This document shows, piece by piece, positions 8,150 to 18,884 of a DNA stretch of 64,000 nucleotides. The stretch covers positions 1 to 64,000 of the forward strand of contig CAWAMW010000006.1 in NCBI GenBank assembly GCA_963783305.1, given 5' to 3'. Under the pieces are notes generated by a model. It was not told the origin of the DNA, did not search any database, and saw only the letters and a program-made list of their open reading frames with translations. This DNA is from an uncultured Gemmatimonadales bacterium (GTDB lineage Bacteria; Gemmatimonadota; Gemmatimonadetes; Longimicrobiales; RSA9). Each line of letters opens with the position of its first letter. Positions within the stretch are counted from its first letter, which is position 1. A program made the position numbers and the translations under genes.

Positions 8150-8395
8150 CTCTTCCCCGTTCGTTGTGTGGATCTCCAGGCCGTCCGGGCCCGGTGACCG
8201 GCTCTCTGGCAGGTACGCCATCCCGCCCCTGGCGTCAACCCCTCCACGTGCGCGCGGCTGGACCCGCCGAGGAGTTCGGCGTGCCGCCCTCGAACCCGCT
8301 ACCAGGTGATGGTTCTGGCCGTTCTCCATCAGCGGGAGGACGTTGGTCCGTGGTCCCAGCAGGAGGGGCGATCGTAGCCGGATCGCCCGCTGGCG

Positions 8396-11287
8396 TCAGC
8401 GCCGGGTGAGGACGAAGCGCGGCACCGAGCCCACCGCATCCCGGCGCTGCGTGACGTCCCCGTCCCTTACGACGACGGCGACCCAGGGGGCATCCGTCGT
8501 CCCCATGGTACCGGTCCACTCGACCGTACCCGGCCGGTCGGGGTGCAGGGTGATTCGCCGCTCGCGTCCGTCCACCGCCAGGTTGTCCGTACGGAGGGCG
8601 AAGCGGTGCTCGCCGTCGCCGAAGGCCGTCAGCCGGATCGTGACTTCACCGTTCGCCGTGGTTTCGGATTCGAGGGTGAAGTCGAGTGAACGGCCGGGTC
8701 GGAGGTCCACGCCGTAGCTGCCACCCGGCAGCGCCGTGAGTCCCACCCGCCGATCACCAGACCGAATCGTATAGTCGCCGTTCGGCACGAAGGTCCGGAA
8801 CGCCCCGCCGGCATCGGGCTCGACGGACCGGGTGCGCCCGGTCGTCGCCTCGGTGATCTCTACCGGGTGCGCCGCTGCCGCGACGACACGACCCGCGATC
8901 AGCGCCGGCCCGGTGAGATCCTCCATGAGCCAGAGCCACCGGCTCGTGGAGTGGGTCCAGACCTCCTTGTATACGTACATGTTCTGGGAGGGCCAGTAGG
9001 GCAGGTCCGTGGCGCCGCGGCTGGTCATCCCCACCGGGAGCGCGCCCACCAGGTCGCCCGAGGACACACTGTACTGCTGTGCCCAGTCGTAGCCCTCGCC
9101 GTACATCGTGCTCTGCACGAACGGATTGCGCCCGACGATCCACTGTGCCTGGTTCTGCGCCAGCTCGGCGGCGGCACGGTCGCCACGCAGGTGGGCGGCC
9201 GTGGACAGCGCCTTCGCCTGCGCCAGCAGCACGCCGTAGTTGCCCCGGCGCGAGAACCAGACGGGAAACGCCCTCAGGTAGTAGCCGTCGCCCATGGGCA
9301 TGCCCTCGAGGACCTGCTCCAGGAACCCGTCGGGGTTCGCCTCGTGGCGTGCGTCCTCCGCGACCTGGAAGTGGTCGGAGTCACGGTAGACGTAGGCGGG
9401 TAGCACGCCGTACGGCGCCGTCGTCCGCGCGGCGGTCTTCTGGTACTCGGCATAGCGGGCGACGGTCGCGTACCAGTCCATCCATTCGGGATGGTCCGGG
9501 AAGGCCTCGCTCAGCTTCGAGAGGGCCACGATGGGTGCCTGGTCGTTGCCGCGGTGGAACTGGTGGAAGAGCGTGTCCCGGGCCGGCCCCCGGTAGAAGA
9601 AGCCTGCCAGCGGGAATTCGCTGCCGACGTAGCTCTTCTGCTGTGATGCGACGATCGTTCGTGCCAGCTCGATGGCCTTGTCCGCGTACCGCTGCCGGCC
9701 GGTCGCCCGGTACAGCTCGAGCGATGCCAGGCTGCCGATCCCGGCGAGCTCCATGGCCGAGGCCTTGAACGCCGGCGTGCTCCAGGTCGTCGGCCCCGGC
9801 ACGCCGTCGATCGCGTGGCTCCAGTCGTCCTCCGCGATGCGGAGGCTCCGCGCCGCGAGCCCGGGCTCGCGGTCCTTCAGCACGCGATACGCGATCGCCC
9901 CCGCGGAGGCGGCGATGTAGTTCACGTTCGGGTTGTTCAACGCCTCACGCGAACGGTCGTCCTCGTCGCCGATGATGCCGTTCGTCCAGAGGTTGTTGCC
10001 GGCGAAACCGATCCGGTAGCCACCCGGGAAGCGGACGCGGAGTACCCAGTCGAGGCCCCATTTCGCCTCGTCGATCACGCGCTCGAGCAGCTCGGGGTCG
10101 TTCCCGTGCGTCTGCAACCGCTCCGCCAGTGCGAAGAGCGTGTACGTCGCCTCGCCGGTGTTGACCATCCCCTGCGAGAGGTCGCCGGCATCGTGCCAGC
10201 CGCCGTTCATGACGATGCGGTCATCGCCGTGCGTCGCCATCCAGTCGAGGTGGTTGACGCCGTGCGAGCCGGGGACCGCATAGCCGCAACGGTTCCCGAA
10301 CAAGAAGTTGAGGGCCTTCAGGACCGTACCGCGCCAGACGTCCTCGTCGATCCGGAAGGGGCGGGTCCGGACGTCGCCGGCGTGGACCACGTACCGGCCC
10401 GGCCGGCGCACCTCGGAAAAGTCCAGGCGCTGGAACGTTCCCAGCCGCGTGGTCAGCGTCTCCACCGGGCCGGTGAACGCCACCTCGCCGAGTGCGGTGT
10501 CGTCGATGCGAAGCAGGCTGAACTCGCGAGCGGCGAGGTCGCTCGCCAGCGCGGTCTTTGCCGATCCGACCTCATATCCGGTGTGGCTGAACGCGATCCG
10601 GCCGGGGGCCACGCTCCAGCCCTCGTAGTGGTCCGGCTCGACCCGCTGCAGCTCGATCGCGCCGATCTCGAAGGCGACGCGGTCGCTCGGGTCGGCCAGG
10701 CGCTTGTTCACCCAGTAGCCGATCTCGAGCATGGTCACGCTGTCACGCGCCAGCGGCTCGATCTCCCAGACGACGTGCTGCCAGTCGCCGTCCAGCAGCG
10801 TGACATAGTGGATCCCGTCTCGATAATACGCGTCCGGGACCTTCACCTCGCCCTGGTTGTGGAGCACGATCTGAAGCGGGAGCATCGGGAAGCCGGAGAT
10901 CTCCGGGCGAATCCACATCGAGATGCGATTGTACGCGCTCCAGTCCTCACCGGGCACGAGCCGCCGCAGGTTCACGGACGAGAGGCCGTTGGAGGTCGGC
11001 GCCGGTGCCTCGTGGAACATCTGCATGTCCACGCGCAGGAAGCGCATCCCCCACGGCCCGGTGTCCTCCGGAAAGCTCAGGTCGCCCGTCCCCTGGAGCC
11101 GCCACGGATCCGGATCGCTCATGTCGTCCAGCACCCGCCTGTCCAGTACGGGCTTCTGCAGCCACGCGAACTCGGCCGAGTTCTCGAACTCGATCGGCAT
11201 GAGGCGCTCGGGCGTCTGGCCGGCGGCCACCGCGGGCAGGATCGCGAGGAGGCAGACCCCGGGGATGCTTGCGGTTGCGCATTTCAT
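8396..11287 (-). CDS. Secreted glycoside hydrolase family 9-like protein
   Basis: Signal peptide; Ig-like region (SHTGY..K.A); GGWHDAGD; EAKWGLDWVLR; WIVGRNPF..YGEG. Confidence 0.8.
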   Translation of the reverse strand: MKCATASIPGVCLLAILPAVAAGQTPERLMPIEFENSAEFAWLQKPVLDRRVLDDMSDPDPWRLQGTGDLSFPEDTGPWGMRFLRVDMQMFHEAPAPTSNGLSSVNLRRLVPGEDWSAYNRISMWIRPEISGFPMLPLQIVLHNQGEVKVPDAYYRDGIHYVTLLDGDWQHVVWEIEPLARDSVTMLEIGYWVNKRLADPSDRVAFEIGAIELQRVEPDHYEGWSVAPGRIAFSHTGYEVGSAKTALASDLAAREFSLLRIDDTALGEVAFTGPVETLTTRLGTFQRLDFSEVRRPGRYVVHAGDVRTRPFRIDEDVWRGTVLKALNFLFGNRCGYAVPGSHGVNHLDWMATHGDDRIVMNGGWHDAGDLSQGMVNTGEATYTLFALAERLQTHGNDPELLERVIDEAKWGLDWVLRVRFPGGYRIGFAGNNLWTNGIIGDEDDRSREALNNPNVNYIAASAGAIAYRVLKDREPGLAARSLRIAEDDWSHAIDGVPGPTTWSTPAFKASAMELAGIGSLASLELYRATGRQRYADKAIELARTIVASQQKSYVGSEFPLAGFFYRGPARDTLFHQFHRGNDQAPIVALSKLSEAFPDHPEWMDWYATVARYAEYQKTAARTTAPYGVLPAYVYRDSDHFQVAEDARHEANPDGFLEQVLEGMPMGDGYYLRAFPVWFSRRGNYGVLLAQAKALSTAAHLRGDRAAAELAQNQAQWIVGRNPFVQSTMYGEGYDWAQQYSVSSGDLVGALPVGMTSRGATDLPYWPSQNMYVYKEVWTHSTSRWLWLMEDLTGPALIAGRVVAAAAHPVEITEATTGRTRSVEPDAGGAFRTFVPNGDYTIRSGDRRVGLTALPGGSYGVDLRPGRSLDFTLESETTANGEVTIRLTAFGDGEHRFALRTDNLAVDGRERRITLHPDRPGTVEWTGTMGTTDAPWVAVVVRDGDVTQRRDAVGSVPRFVLTRR

Positions 11288-11497
11288 AGCAGACCAGCGG
11301 TTGCGAGTCGGGTCCCGACGGACGTGGCGGCGGCTTGGTGACCGGCGACGTGCTTCCCCGCGCGTCGAGAATGGACGCAGATTAAGCGGGTTCGGGCGCA
11401 TCGGAAAGGCCCGCGGGTTCGCCCTCACGGACGGGGTGCAACTACGACGTGCGAGCGAGGGCACCGGCCCGGCCTGACCGGCGTCCGCGGTTCGGAC

Positions 11498-13618
11498 TCA
11501 GGCAGGGACCTGTTCCAGGATCGAGCCGATCAGGCGGTCCGGAGCGGTGCGCGCGCCCCGGGCTGGCTTCTCCCGGCCCTCCCCGTGTGTCTGGTCATGG
11601 GCAAGGGTGAACTGGCTTACGAGCTCGGCCATCCGCTGCGCCTGGCTGCTCAATTCCTCTGCCGCGCTCGCGCTCTCCTCGGCGCTCGCCGCGGTCGTTT
11701 GTGTCACGGTGTTCATCTCTTCGACGGCTCCGTTGATCTGCCCCACGCCCTCGGTCTGCTGCTCGGACGCGGCGGTGATCTCGCCCATGACCTCCCGGAC
11801 ACGGGCGACGCCGACGCGGATCTCCTCCAGCTTCCCCGCGACCACCCCCTGTACCGCCACGCCGTCCTCGGAGCTCTGTACGCTCTCCTCGATCAAACGC
11901 GCCGTCTCCTTGGCCGCCTCGGCGCTCCGCATGGCCAGGTTCCGTACTTCCTCGGCCACCACCGCGAAGCCCTTGCCCGCCTCGCCCGCACGCGCGGCCT
12001 CTACCGCCGCGTTCAGCGCCAGGAGGTTCGTCTGGAACGCGATCTCGTCGATGGTCTTGACGATCTTCGCGGTCGCATCGCTGGAGTCCTTGATCCGGCG
12101 GATGGTGGAGCTGAGGCGCTCCATGGCCTCCGCGCCACCGGTGGTGCTGGTGCCGGCTGCCTCGGACAGGCTCCGGGCCTCCCGGGCGTTTCCGGCGTTC
12201 TGAGTGGCCATGGACGCCAGCTCCGTCAGGCTGCTCGAAACCTCCTCGAGGCTCGACGCCTGCTCGCTCGCCCCCTCCGCCAGACCCTGGCTACCGCCCG
12301 CGATCTCGTCCGCCGCGCTGGCCACTTCGGCGGCCACGGCGGCCGCCTCTGCGAGCGTGGCACTGATGCTGTCGAGGGCGCTGTTCAGCGACGCCTTCAC
12401 CTGGGCGTAATCGCCCTCGTACGTCCCCTCCATCCGGGCCGAGAGATCCCGGTCGGCCACGCGCTCGAGGACACCCAGTGTCTCGGTGAAGGGCCGCACC
12501 ATCACCACCACGAGCTCGTTGACGCCGTGGACCATTTCGGCGTACCGCCCCTCGTGCCGGTCCGCGTTGGCGGCGGCGCCCCAGTTCCCGCGTGCCGCCT
12601 CCCGGGTCACGCTCGCCAGATCCTCGTTCACTGCCTCGAGGCTCCGGACCATCTTGGTCATGGATCGGCCGAGGCGGTCATGCTCGCTGGCAAGGACGAT
12701 GTCGGCAGAGAGGTTGCCGGAAGCGATCGCCTCGGCGGCCTCCGCCTTCGACGCCTGCGCGGTGGAGAGCGCGTCGAACGCCCGGGCGATCTCCCCGAGC
12801 TCATCGCCGCGGGCCTGGATCGCGCCGCTGGTCGCCGTGTCCGCCTCGTCCTGTCGGAGGTCTCCCTCTGCCAGCCGCTGCGCACCGCGGGTGATGAACC
12901 GCACCGGCTTGACGATGAGCCGGTCCATGAACAGGTAGACGACGCCGATGAGGATTCCGAACGCCACGAACAGGAGGGCGCCTAGCCAGAGTCCCTCCGC
13001 CCGCGCTTTTGCCATTACCGCGGCGAGAGGGATATAGGCGTTGAGCGAGCCCAGGATCATGTCCCGGCTCATGTCCACATGATCGCCCTCCACCACGGCG
13101 TAATGGCATTCGGCGCAGCCGCGGTGCGCCTGGGCCGGGAGCGGAACCGCCACTCGAAGGAAGCCATCCGAAATCTCTTCCACCGCCGTCTCTCCGGCCA
13201 TGAGCCGTTGCGCCGCGGTGCGCTCGAACTCGCTCTCGATCCGCGTGTTCTCGCCACCCAGCGGGCGGAACTTGAAGGTCGACGCGTCGCCGATGAGTCG
13301 GACGCGGGGCGCCTCTGGACCGTGGTCGGCGATCACGGCCTGGTCCACGGCGAAAATGGTCCGGTTCCAGTCGTCGACGATCTGCTGTCGCCGCACCGGG
13401 TCCGTTGCGGTCGCCTGGAACTCGTCGTGGAACTTCCGCGTCGACACCATGAACATCTCGACGGATCGGCTGATGTGGGTGTTCGCGTCCTCCCGAGCCC
13501 GATCGAGGGCGTCGTCCATTCCCCGTCGATACAGCGCAGTTGAGAGGAATACCCCCGTCAGCAGGGCGAGGCCAACGAGGACCAGCGAGATCTTGCCACG
13601 AACCTTGAGCGCGCGCAT
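11498..13618 (-). CDS. Methyl-accepting chemotaxis protein with c-type heme (CxxCH) sensor
   Basis: Two TM segments, periplasmic CAECH, HAMP domains, [34 protein letters not shown]. Confidence 0.95.
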   Translation of the reverse strand: MRALKVRGKISLVLVGLALLTGVFLSTALYRRGMDDALDRAREDANTHISRSVEMFMVSTRKFHDEFQATATDPVRRQQIVDDWNRTIFAVDQAVIADHGPEAPRVRLIGDASTFKFRPLGGENTRIESEFERTAAQRLMAGETAVEEISDGFLRVAVPLPAQAHRGCAECHYAVVEGDHVDMSRDMILGSLNAYIPLAAVMAKARAEGLWLGALLFVAFGILIGVVYLFMDRLIVKPVRFITRGAQRLAEGDLRQDEADTATSGAIQARGDELGEIARAFDALSTAQASKAEAAEAIASGNLSADIVLASEHDRLGRSMTKMVRSLEAVNEDLASVTREAARGNWGAAANADRHEGRYAEMVHGVNELVVVMVRPFTETLGVLERVADRDLSARMEGTYEGDYAQVKASLNSALDSISATLAEAAAVAAEVASAADEIAGGSQGLAEGASEQASSLEEVSSSLTELASMATQNAGNAREARSLSEAAGTSTTGGAEAMERLSSTIRRIKDSSDATAKIVKTIDEIAFQTNLLALNAAVEAARAGEAGKGFAVVAEEVRNLAMRSAEAAKETARLIEESVQSSEDGVAVQGVVAGKLEEIRVGVARVREVMGEITAASEQQTEGVGQINGAVEEMNTVTQTTAASAEESASAAEELSSQAQRMAELVSQFTLAHDQTHGEGREKPARGARTAPDRLIGSILEQVPA

Positions 13619-13658
13619 GGACTGCTCCCTTCAGCGATTTCAGCCATCAGTGCTGGAG

Positions 13659-13685
13659 GTATCGGCAGGCTGAATCCGGACTTGA
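13659..13685 (-). promoter_or_regulatory. sigma28 (FliA)-type promoter
   Basis: TCAAG-N14-GCCGATAC on the minus strand, 40 bp upstream of the MCP start. Confidence 0.7.
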
Positions 13686-13861
13686 TCAGGGCCAACCTCC
13701 GCGCGGGGGGAGGGATGTCCACGTGATCCTGCGCTGCGGGGGTGTGGAGGACGCCCGGGGCGGGATCCGGCGGGTGGTGCCGGAGTGGGCTCTCGTTGCG
13801 CCGGCCGCTCCGGTCTTTAGCTTGAGGCGGTCGGACGAAAGAGGAGGCTGGAGCTGCGGCG

Positions 13862-14143
13862 ATGAGTGGAGCAGGCGACGAGGGCCCGGGCGGCGCGGCC
13901 GGCGCGGGTGCACCGGAGTGCGCGGCCGGTCCGGCGGAGGGGCGAGCCCCGAGCAGGGGCGTGTACGGGATCTTCGTCTGGCACGGGTTCTTCCTGTCAC
14001 TGACGAAAGCCACGCTGGACCGGAATACCATCTTCCCGGCGCTGGTGGGCACGCTGGTGGCGTCGAAGACGGTGTTCGGCGTGCTCCACGCCATCATGCT
14101 CGGGGTACCAGTGCTCGTCGTGGGCCCGGCGGGGGCGCCGTGA
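13862..14143 (+). pseudogene. Truncated MFS-like transporter N-terminus
   Basis: WHGFFLSLT...LD.NTIFPALV..L......FGVL.AIMLGVP; ends after about two TMs. Confidence 0.5.
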
Positions 14144-15327
14144 TCCAGCCGCTGGTTCTGGTCGACCGGCCCTACCTGTCCGCACACGTCCGTGAGCTCA
14201 TCGAGCGCCACGAGCTGCCGGTGGTCCTCACGCCAGCGGCCCGGGCCCTCGGCGTGCGACCCGCGGGGCACACCCTTTCGGAGACGGAGGCCGCCGCCGC
14301 GGCGCGGGCGGCCGACCGCGTACTCGTCTACACCAGCTCCGAGAACGCGCTGCCGTGGGTGGCCGAGCACCTCCATGAGACCCACCTGCCACGCCTCGCC
14401 GCGCTGTTCAAGGACAAGGGCCGGTTCCGCCGCGCGCTCCGGCCCCGCTACCCCGACTTCTACTTCCGGGAAGTGCCCCTCGCCGAGCTCGACTCCGTGG
14501 ACGGCGACCGGCTGCCCTACCCCCTGGTGATCAAGCCGTCCGTCGGCTTCTTCAGCCACGGCGTGGTGACGGTGCCCCGACCCCGCGACTGGCCGGGTGC
14601 CCGCCGCGCCATCCGACGACGACTCGAGGCCGCACGGGCGCTCTACCCGCCCGAGGTGCTGGGCACCCGCACGCTCCTGATCGAACAGTACCTGGAGGGC
14701 CGCGAGTACGCCGTGGACGCCTACTACGACGCCCGCGGCGAGCCGGTGGTGCTGGGGATATGGTCCCACGCCTTCGCGTCGGATACCGACACCAGCGACC
14801 GCGTCTACTCGACCTCCGCCGACATTGTCGCCGAGAACCTCGCGCCGTGCCGGGAGGTGCTCCGGACCATCGGCCAGCTGACCGGCGCCCGGGACATGCC
14901 CGTACACCTGGAGGTGCGCCGTACGCCCGACGGGGATACGGTGCCCATCGAGCTCAACCCCCTCCGATTCGGGGGCTGGTGCAGCACCGCGGACCTGACC
15001 CCCCACGCCTGGGGCTTCAGTCCGTACCTCCACTTCCTGCAACAGCGGAGCCCGGACTGGCCCGCGCTGATCGAAGCCGCCGCTGGCGGGCCCCGATACA
15101 GCATCGTCGTCCTGGACAACTCCACCGGTATGGATGGGAACGACATCGCCGCGTTCGACTACGACGCGCTCCTGCGCCGCTTCCACCGCCCCCTCGAGCT
15201 CCGACGCGTGGACTGGCGCGAGCAGCCCCTCTTCGGCTTCCTGTTCCTGGAGACCCCCGCGGAGGCGGCGGCCGAGCTGGAGTGGGCGCTGCGCTCCGAC
15301 CTGCGGGAGTTCGCAACGCCGCGCTAG
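14140..15327 (+). CDS. ATP-grasp domain protein
   Basis: FKDKGRFR, YPLVIKPSVGFFSHGV, LIEQYLEGREYAVD, HLEVR..PIELNPLRFGG. Confidence 0.85.
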   Translation: MIQPLVLVDRPYLSAHVRELIERHELPVVLTPAARALGVRPAGHTLSETEAAAAARAADRVLVYTSSENALPWVAEHLHETHLPRLAALFKDKGRFRRALRPRYPDFYFREVPLAELDSVDGDRLPYPLVIKPSVGFFSHGVVTVPRPRDWPGARRAIRRRLEAARALYPPEVLGTRTLLIEQYLEGREYAVDAYYDARGEPVVLGIWSHAFASDTDTSDRVYSTSADIVAENLAPCREVLRTIGQLTGARDMPVHLEVRRTPDGDTVPIELNPLRFGGWCSTADLTPHAWGFSPYLHFLQQRSPDWPALIEAAAGGPRYSIVVLDNSTGMDGNDIAAFDYDALLRRFHRPLELRRVDWREQPLFGFLFLETPAEAAAELEWALRSDLREFATPR

Positions 15328-15536
15328 CGCCCGGGCGTCCGCGGTGAATACCCTGTTGGTCAGGGTGCCATCGAGATCACGGTGTCGCCCTGCGGTCTGA
15401 ACCGGTGCGCGGTCGCGCGGCCGTAGAGGTTCATGGGAATCCCGCCGCTATCGCTGGCTGTTGCGCGACCTGAGGGGCCCGTGCGATTGTGCGGTCACCC
15501 CCGCCTCCGGCGCCACCGCAAGGACCGGGAGCCGTC

Positions 15537-16850
15537 ATGGGACACACAGTGGGCAAGGATGTCTACCGGGCGCTGGGCCGGAAGATCGACGGCCTGACGG
15601 TCCGTGCGCCGTGGAGCGATACGCTGCGGGCGATCCTCGAGGAGCTCTACAGCGAGGAGGACGCGCGGCTCATCGCCGGCATGCCGTGGGGCTTCTCATC
15701 GCTGGACCGCCTGGAGAAGGTGACGGGCCACGCCCGGCCCCACCTGGAGCGCCTGCTGGACAGCCTCTGCCGCCGGGGTCTCGTCATCGACGTGTGGGCG
15801 GGAGGGAAGTACCGCTACGCGCCGTCGCCCATGGTCATCGGGATCTTCGAGTTCACCATGATGCGGACCGGTGGCCGGCTGCCGTACGAGAAGTGGGCGG
15901 GCCTGTTCCGTGACTACCTGGAGGAGGGTCCGTTCGCGGAGGCCATGTTCGGCGACGGGAAGCGGGTCTCCATCATGCGCGCGGTCCCGCATGACGGCTC
16001 GGTCCGGCCCGAGGAGTACGTGGAAGTGCTGGACTACGAGAAGGCCGCGGCCATCGTCGACGCCACCGACCGGTTCGCCATCGGGCTCTGCTCGTGCCGC
16101 CACGAGCACCGGCACCTGGACGACAACGGCTGCGACGTGCCGCTGGACACCTGCTCCACCCTCGGGAGCCGCTCCGTGGACTACATGGTCCGGAACGGCC
16201 TGGCCCGGGAGGTCTCGAAGGAGGAGATGCTGGAGAACGTGGCACGGTCCCGGGAGCTGGGACTGGTCATCAACGCCGACAACGTCCAGCGGAACGTCAG
16301 CTTCTTCTGCCACTGTTGCGGCTGCTGCTGCAACGTGCTGGGCGGGATCAACCGTCACGGCTACACCAACGCCGTCGTGACGTCCAACTGGATCGCCGAG
16401 TCTGATCCGGAGGCGTGCATCGGGTGCGGGATCTGCTCCCGGCAGTGTCCCATCGACGCCATCGATCGGGTGGCGGACCCGGACCCGAAGTACCGGAAGT
16501 TCGGACGACCGGTGGTGAACCAGGCGCTGTGCCTCGGCTGCGGCGTGTGCACCGTCCGGTGCAGGCCGGGCGCCATGCGGCTCACCAAGCGGGAGCAGCG
16601 CGTGCTCCACCCCGAGACCACCTTCGAGCGGATCATCCTCCAGTGCCTCGAGCGCGGCACGCTTCAGAATCAGCTCTTCGACGACCCGTCGAGCCTGACC
16701 CAGGGCTTCGCCCGGGCCGTGGTCGGCGGGTTCCTAGGGCTCCCAGCCGTGAAGCGGGCGCTCATGAGCGACGTGCTGCGGTCGCGATTCCTGGCCACGC
16801 TGAAGGGCGCCGCCGTGCGGCAGGGCAAGGGCGAACTGGTGGAGCATTGA
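15537..16850 (+). CDS. 4Fe-4S dicluster protein with extra Cys-rich motifs
   Basis: CIGCGICSRQCP and CLGCGVCTVRCR; also CSCRH and CHCCGCCC. Confidence 0.85.
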   Translation: MGHTVGKDVYRALGRKIDGLTVRAPWSDTLRAILEELYSEEDARLIAGMPWGFSSLDRLEKVTGHARPHLERLLDSLCRRGLVIDVWAGGKYRYAPSPMVIGIFEFTMMRTGGRLPYEKWAGLFRDYLEEGPFAEAMFGDGKRVSIMRAVPHDGSVRPEEYVEVLDYEKAAAIVDATDRFAIGLCSCRHEHRHLDDNGCDVPLDTCSTLGSRSVDYMVRNGLAREVSKEEMLENVARSRELGLVINADNVQRNVSFFCHCCGCCCNVLGGINRHGYTNAVVTSNWIAESDPEACIGCGICSRQCPIDAIDRVADPDPKYRKFGRPVVNQALCLGCGVCTVRCRPGAMRLTKREQRVLHPETTFERIILQCLERGTLQNQLFDDPSSLTQGFARAVVGGFLGLPAVKRALMSDVLRSRFLATLKGAAVRQGKGELVEH

Positions 16851-17345
16851 ACGCCTCGAGCTCGCGCCCGAGGATCGTATGATAGAGGCCGGATGGCTAC
16901 CGTGGGCGCGGCTCTCGCCATCATGACGACCACGAGCGCGCCGCGCTCGAGGGCGAGCTGGCACGGCTCGAGGAAGCCTGGCGGGAAGCCGAGGGCCTCG
17001 CCGCCATCGCCGACCACCTCTCCCTCTCCGACGCCCTCCGGCACCGGCTGGGGCAGCTTCGCAGCCGCGCTTAGCCGCCAGCCGGTTCGGTCCCGGCGGA
17101 ATCGTGCCGAGTCCCGCGGCCGAGGGCGGATACGCGCGACAGGTACGCCTCGATGGTCCGGCGGCCAGGACTCGGCGCGCAAAGTGGGGGGGGGTGGGCC
17201 CGGAATTGCGTATTGATTCCGTGTTCCAACCAGGAACGCTCTCCTCACAACCGCGGGTCGAACTCTTCTGACCGCGTGAACGTTTCGGGGACCTACGGCG
17301 TGCCAACCGGCGCGTCGGATCGATTCGGCTAACGCGGGAGTTCCG

Positions 17346-17864
17346 ATGAAGGACGATACGGTCGAGAAGGATGAGGCCAGGCGGGTCGCACAGCACGAGG
17401 CCACGACGTCCGCCGTGGAGCAGGACGTGAACGAGGACATTGCGGAGCAGGCCGAGCACAGCGGCGCCGCCGAGGCCGGTAAGATCGAGACCGTCGCCGG
17501 TGACATGCGTAGCGCCGCGATCGATGATGTGGCCGGTCAGAATCGCGGAATTTCGCGTGCCCGGGGCGTCGCCCGCCTGTCGCAGGTGGCGGACTACGTG
17601 TTCGCGGTCATTTACGGCCTGCTCGCGATCCGGCTCGTGCTGGCGCTGATCGCGGCCAGCTCGAGCAACGGGTTCGTCCAGTTCATCAATGCCGTGACAG
17701 AGCCCTTCTACGCGCTCTTCCGTGGTATCGTGCCAAGTCCCGCGGTCGCGGGCGGATACACGCTCGTGGTTCCCATCGTAATTGCCATGGTCGCGTACGG
17801 GCTGCTCCACCTGGCCTTCAACGGGCTGCTGCGCATGATGGTGCACCGAAAGCTGGCGGTTTAA
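17346..17864 (+). CDS. YggT-family membrane protein
   Basis: LLAIRLVL.LI.A..NGFVQFI..VTEPFYALFRGI. Confidence 0.7.
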   Translation: MKDDTVEKDEARRVAQHEATTSAVEQDVNEDIAEQAEHSGAAEAGKIETVAGDMRSAAIDDVAGQNRGISRARGVARLSQVADYVFAVIYGLLAIRLVLALIAASSSNGFVQFINAVTEPFYALFRGIVPSPAVAGGYTLVVPIVIAMVAYGLLHLAFNGLLRMMVHRKLAV

Positions 17865-18139
17865 TGGACGGCCTGCTGGTCTGGCTCATCGTGGGCCTCG
17901 TGGCCGGTGTGCTCGGCTCCTTCGTGATGGGCGGAATCGGCTACGGGATCATCGGCGACATCATCGTCGGCGTCCTGGGAGCGGTACTCGGCGGGTGGGT
18001 CTTTGCGCAGATGGGGTGGACGACGCCCTTCGGTGGCCTGGTGGGCATGATCTTCGTCGCCTTCATCGGGGCCGTTCTGCTGCTCTTCGTCCTCGGCCTT
18101 CTGGGCCGGGGCCGGAGTCAGCGGCGAGGGCGCCGCTAG
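17864..18139 (+). CDS. GlsB/YeaQ/YmgE-family stress membrane protein
   Basis: WLIVGLVAG.L....GIIGDIIVGVLGAVLGG..AFIGAVLLL. Confidence 0.9.
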   Translation: MDGLLVWLIVGLVAGVLGSFVMGGIGYGIIGDIIVGVLGAVLGGWVFAQMGWTTPFGGLVGMIFVAFIGAVLLLFVLGLLGRGRSQRRGRR

Positions 18140-18478
18140 CGCCGGTCCGTGCCCGGGACGCCGTAGAGATCCTCGGGGTCCACCGCCGCCAGCTCGCTGA
18201 GGTACCCGCCGCCGCTCGGTCACCGCCGTGAAGAACCGTGCGCCCGCTTCGGCCGTGGAGCCCGCCGGGTCGCCGACCCGGGTATCCGCCGAGACCTGCG
18301 TCCAGCGACGGGGCGCCCACGCCCACCCCTCCCGTACGCCCGTGAGCCTGGACGGCGTTTCGGCTTCACCCGGCTGCTGGAAGAACACGCCGGAGTCCAG
18401 GCAGGCGTACCAGTTGATGAGCGACAGGAAGAGATCCAGGTCGGGCTGGAGCTCGCGGATGATGGCTACTGACTTTTC
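18136..18478 (-). pseudogene. Creatininase-family remnant
   Basis: IRELQP..LINWY..FF..PG..REGWAWAPRRWTQVSADT.VGDP..STAE.G.RFF.AV, then frameshifted ELAAVDPEDLY; no N-terminus. Confidence 0.5.
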
Positions 18479-18525
18479 CTAGAGACCGCCCTTGTCCAGC
18501 CGGGCGAGCAGGCCTAGCGTGGCGC

Positions 18526-18777
18526 ATGAGAACTCATCACGCAGCTTTCGTCATCCTCACGGCCTTCCTCGCGCTGTCAGCCTGCTCCGGCGACGCCGCG
18601 GAGACCGAGCCCGCTGCGGCCGTATCGGCCGACACCGTCACCCAGCGCGAGCGCCAGGAAGCCATCGGCGAGTCCCGCCTCCCGGGCGCCCGCGGGGTCA
18701 AGGGCGCGCTGGACGCGTCCGACGCCGCGGCGTCGAGGGCGGCCGCACACGATTCGCTCGCGGGTCAGCTTCCCTGA
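18526..18777 (+). CDS. Small lipoprotein, unknown function
   Basis: Lipobox LSAC; TQRERQEAIGES.LPGA.GV.GAL. Confidence 0.7.
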   Translation: MRTHHAAFVILTAFLALSACSGDAAETEPAAAVSADTVTQRERQEAIGESRLPGARGVKGALDASDAAASRAAAHDSLAGQLP

Positions 18778-18821
18778 CAGAACGAGGGTCGCCCGCTCGG
18801 GGGAGCTGGCGGGCGCATGCG

Positions 18822-18858
18822 AAGGCGGGCCCCACGCGCTGCGTGGGGCCCGCCTTTG
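18822..18858. terminator. Intrinsic terminator hairpin between convergent genes
   Basis: AAGGCGGGCCCCACGC-GCT-GCGTGGGGCCCGCCTT, perfect 16-bp stem. Confidence 0.8.
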
Positions 18859-18884
18859 TGCGACCTCGGGTGGTTCCGTGGTCG

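Noticed and set aside
16893..17216. ORFs between the Fe-S gene and yggT
   Set aside because: No recognisable motifs or RBS; likely intergenic or heavily decayed
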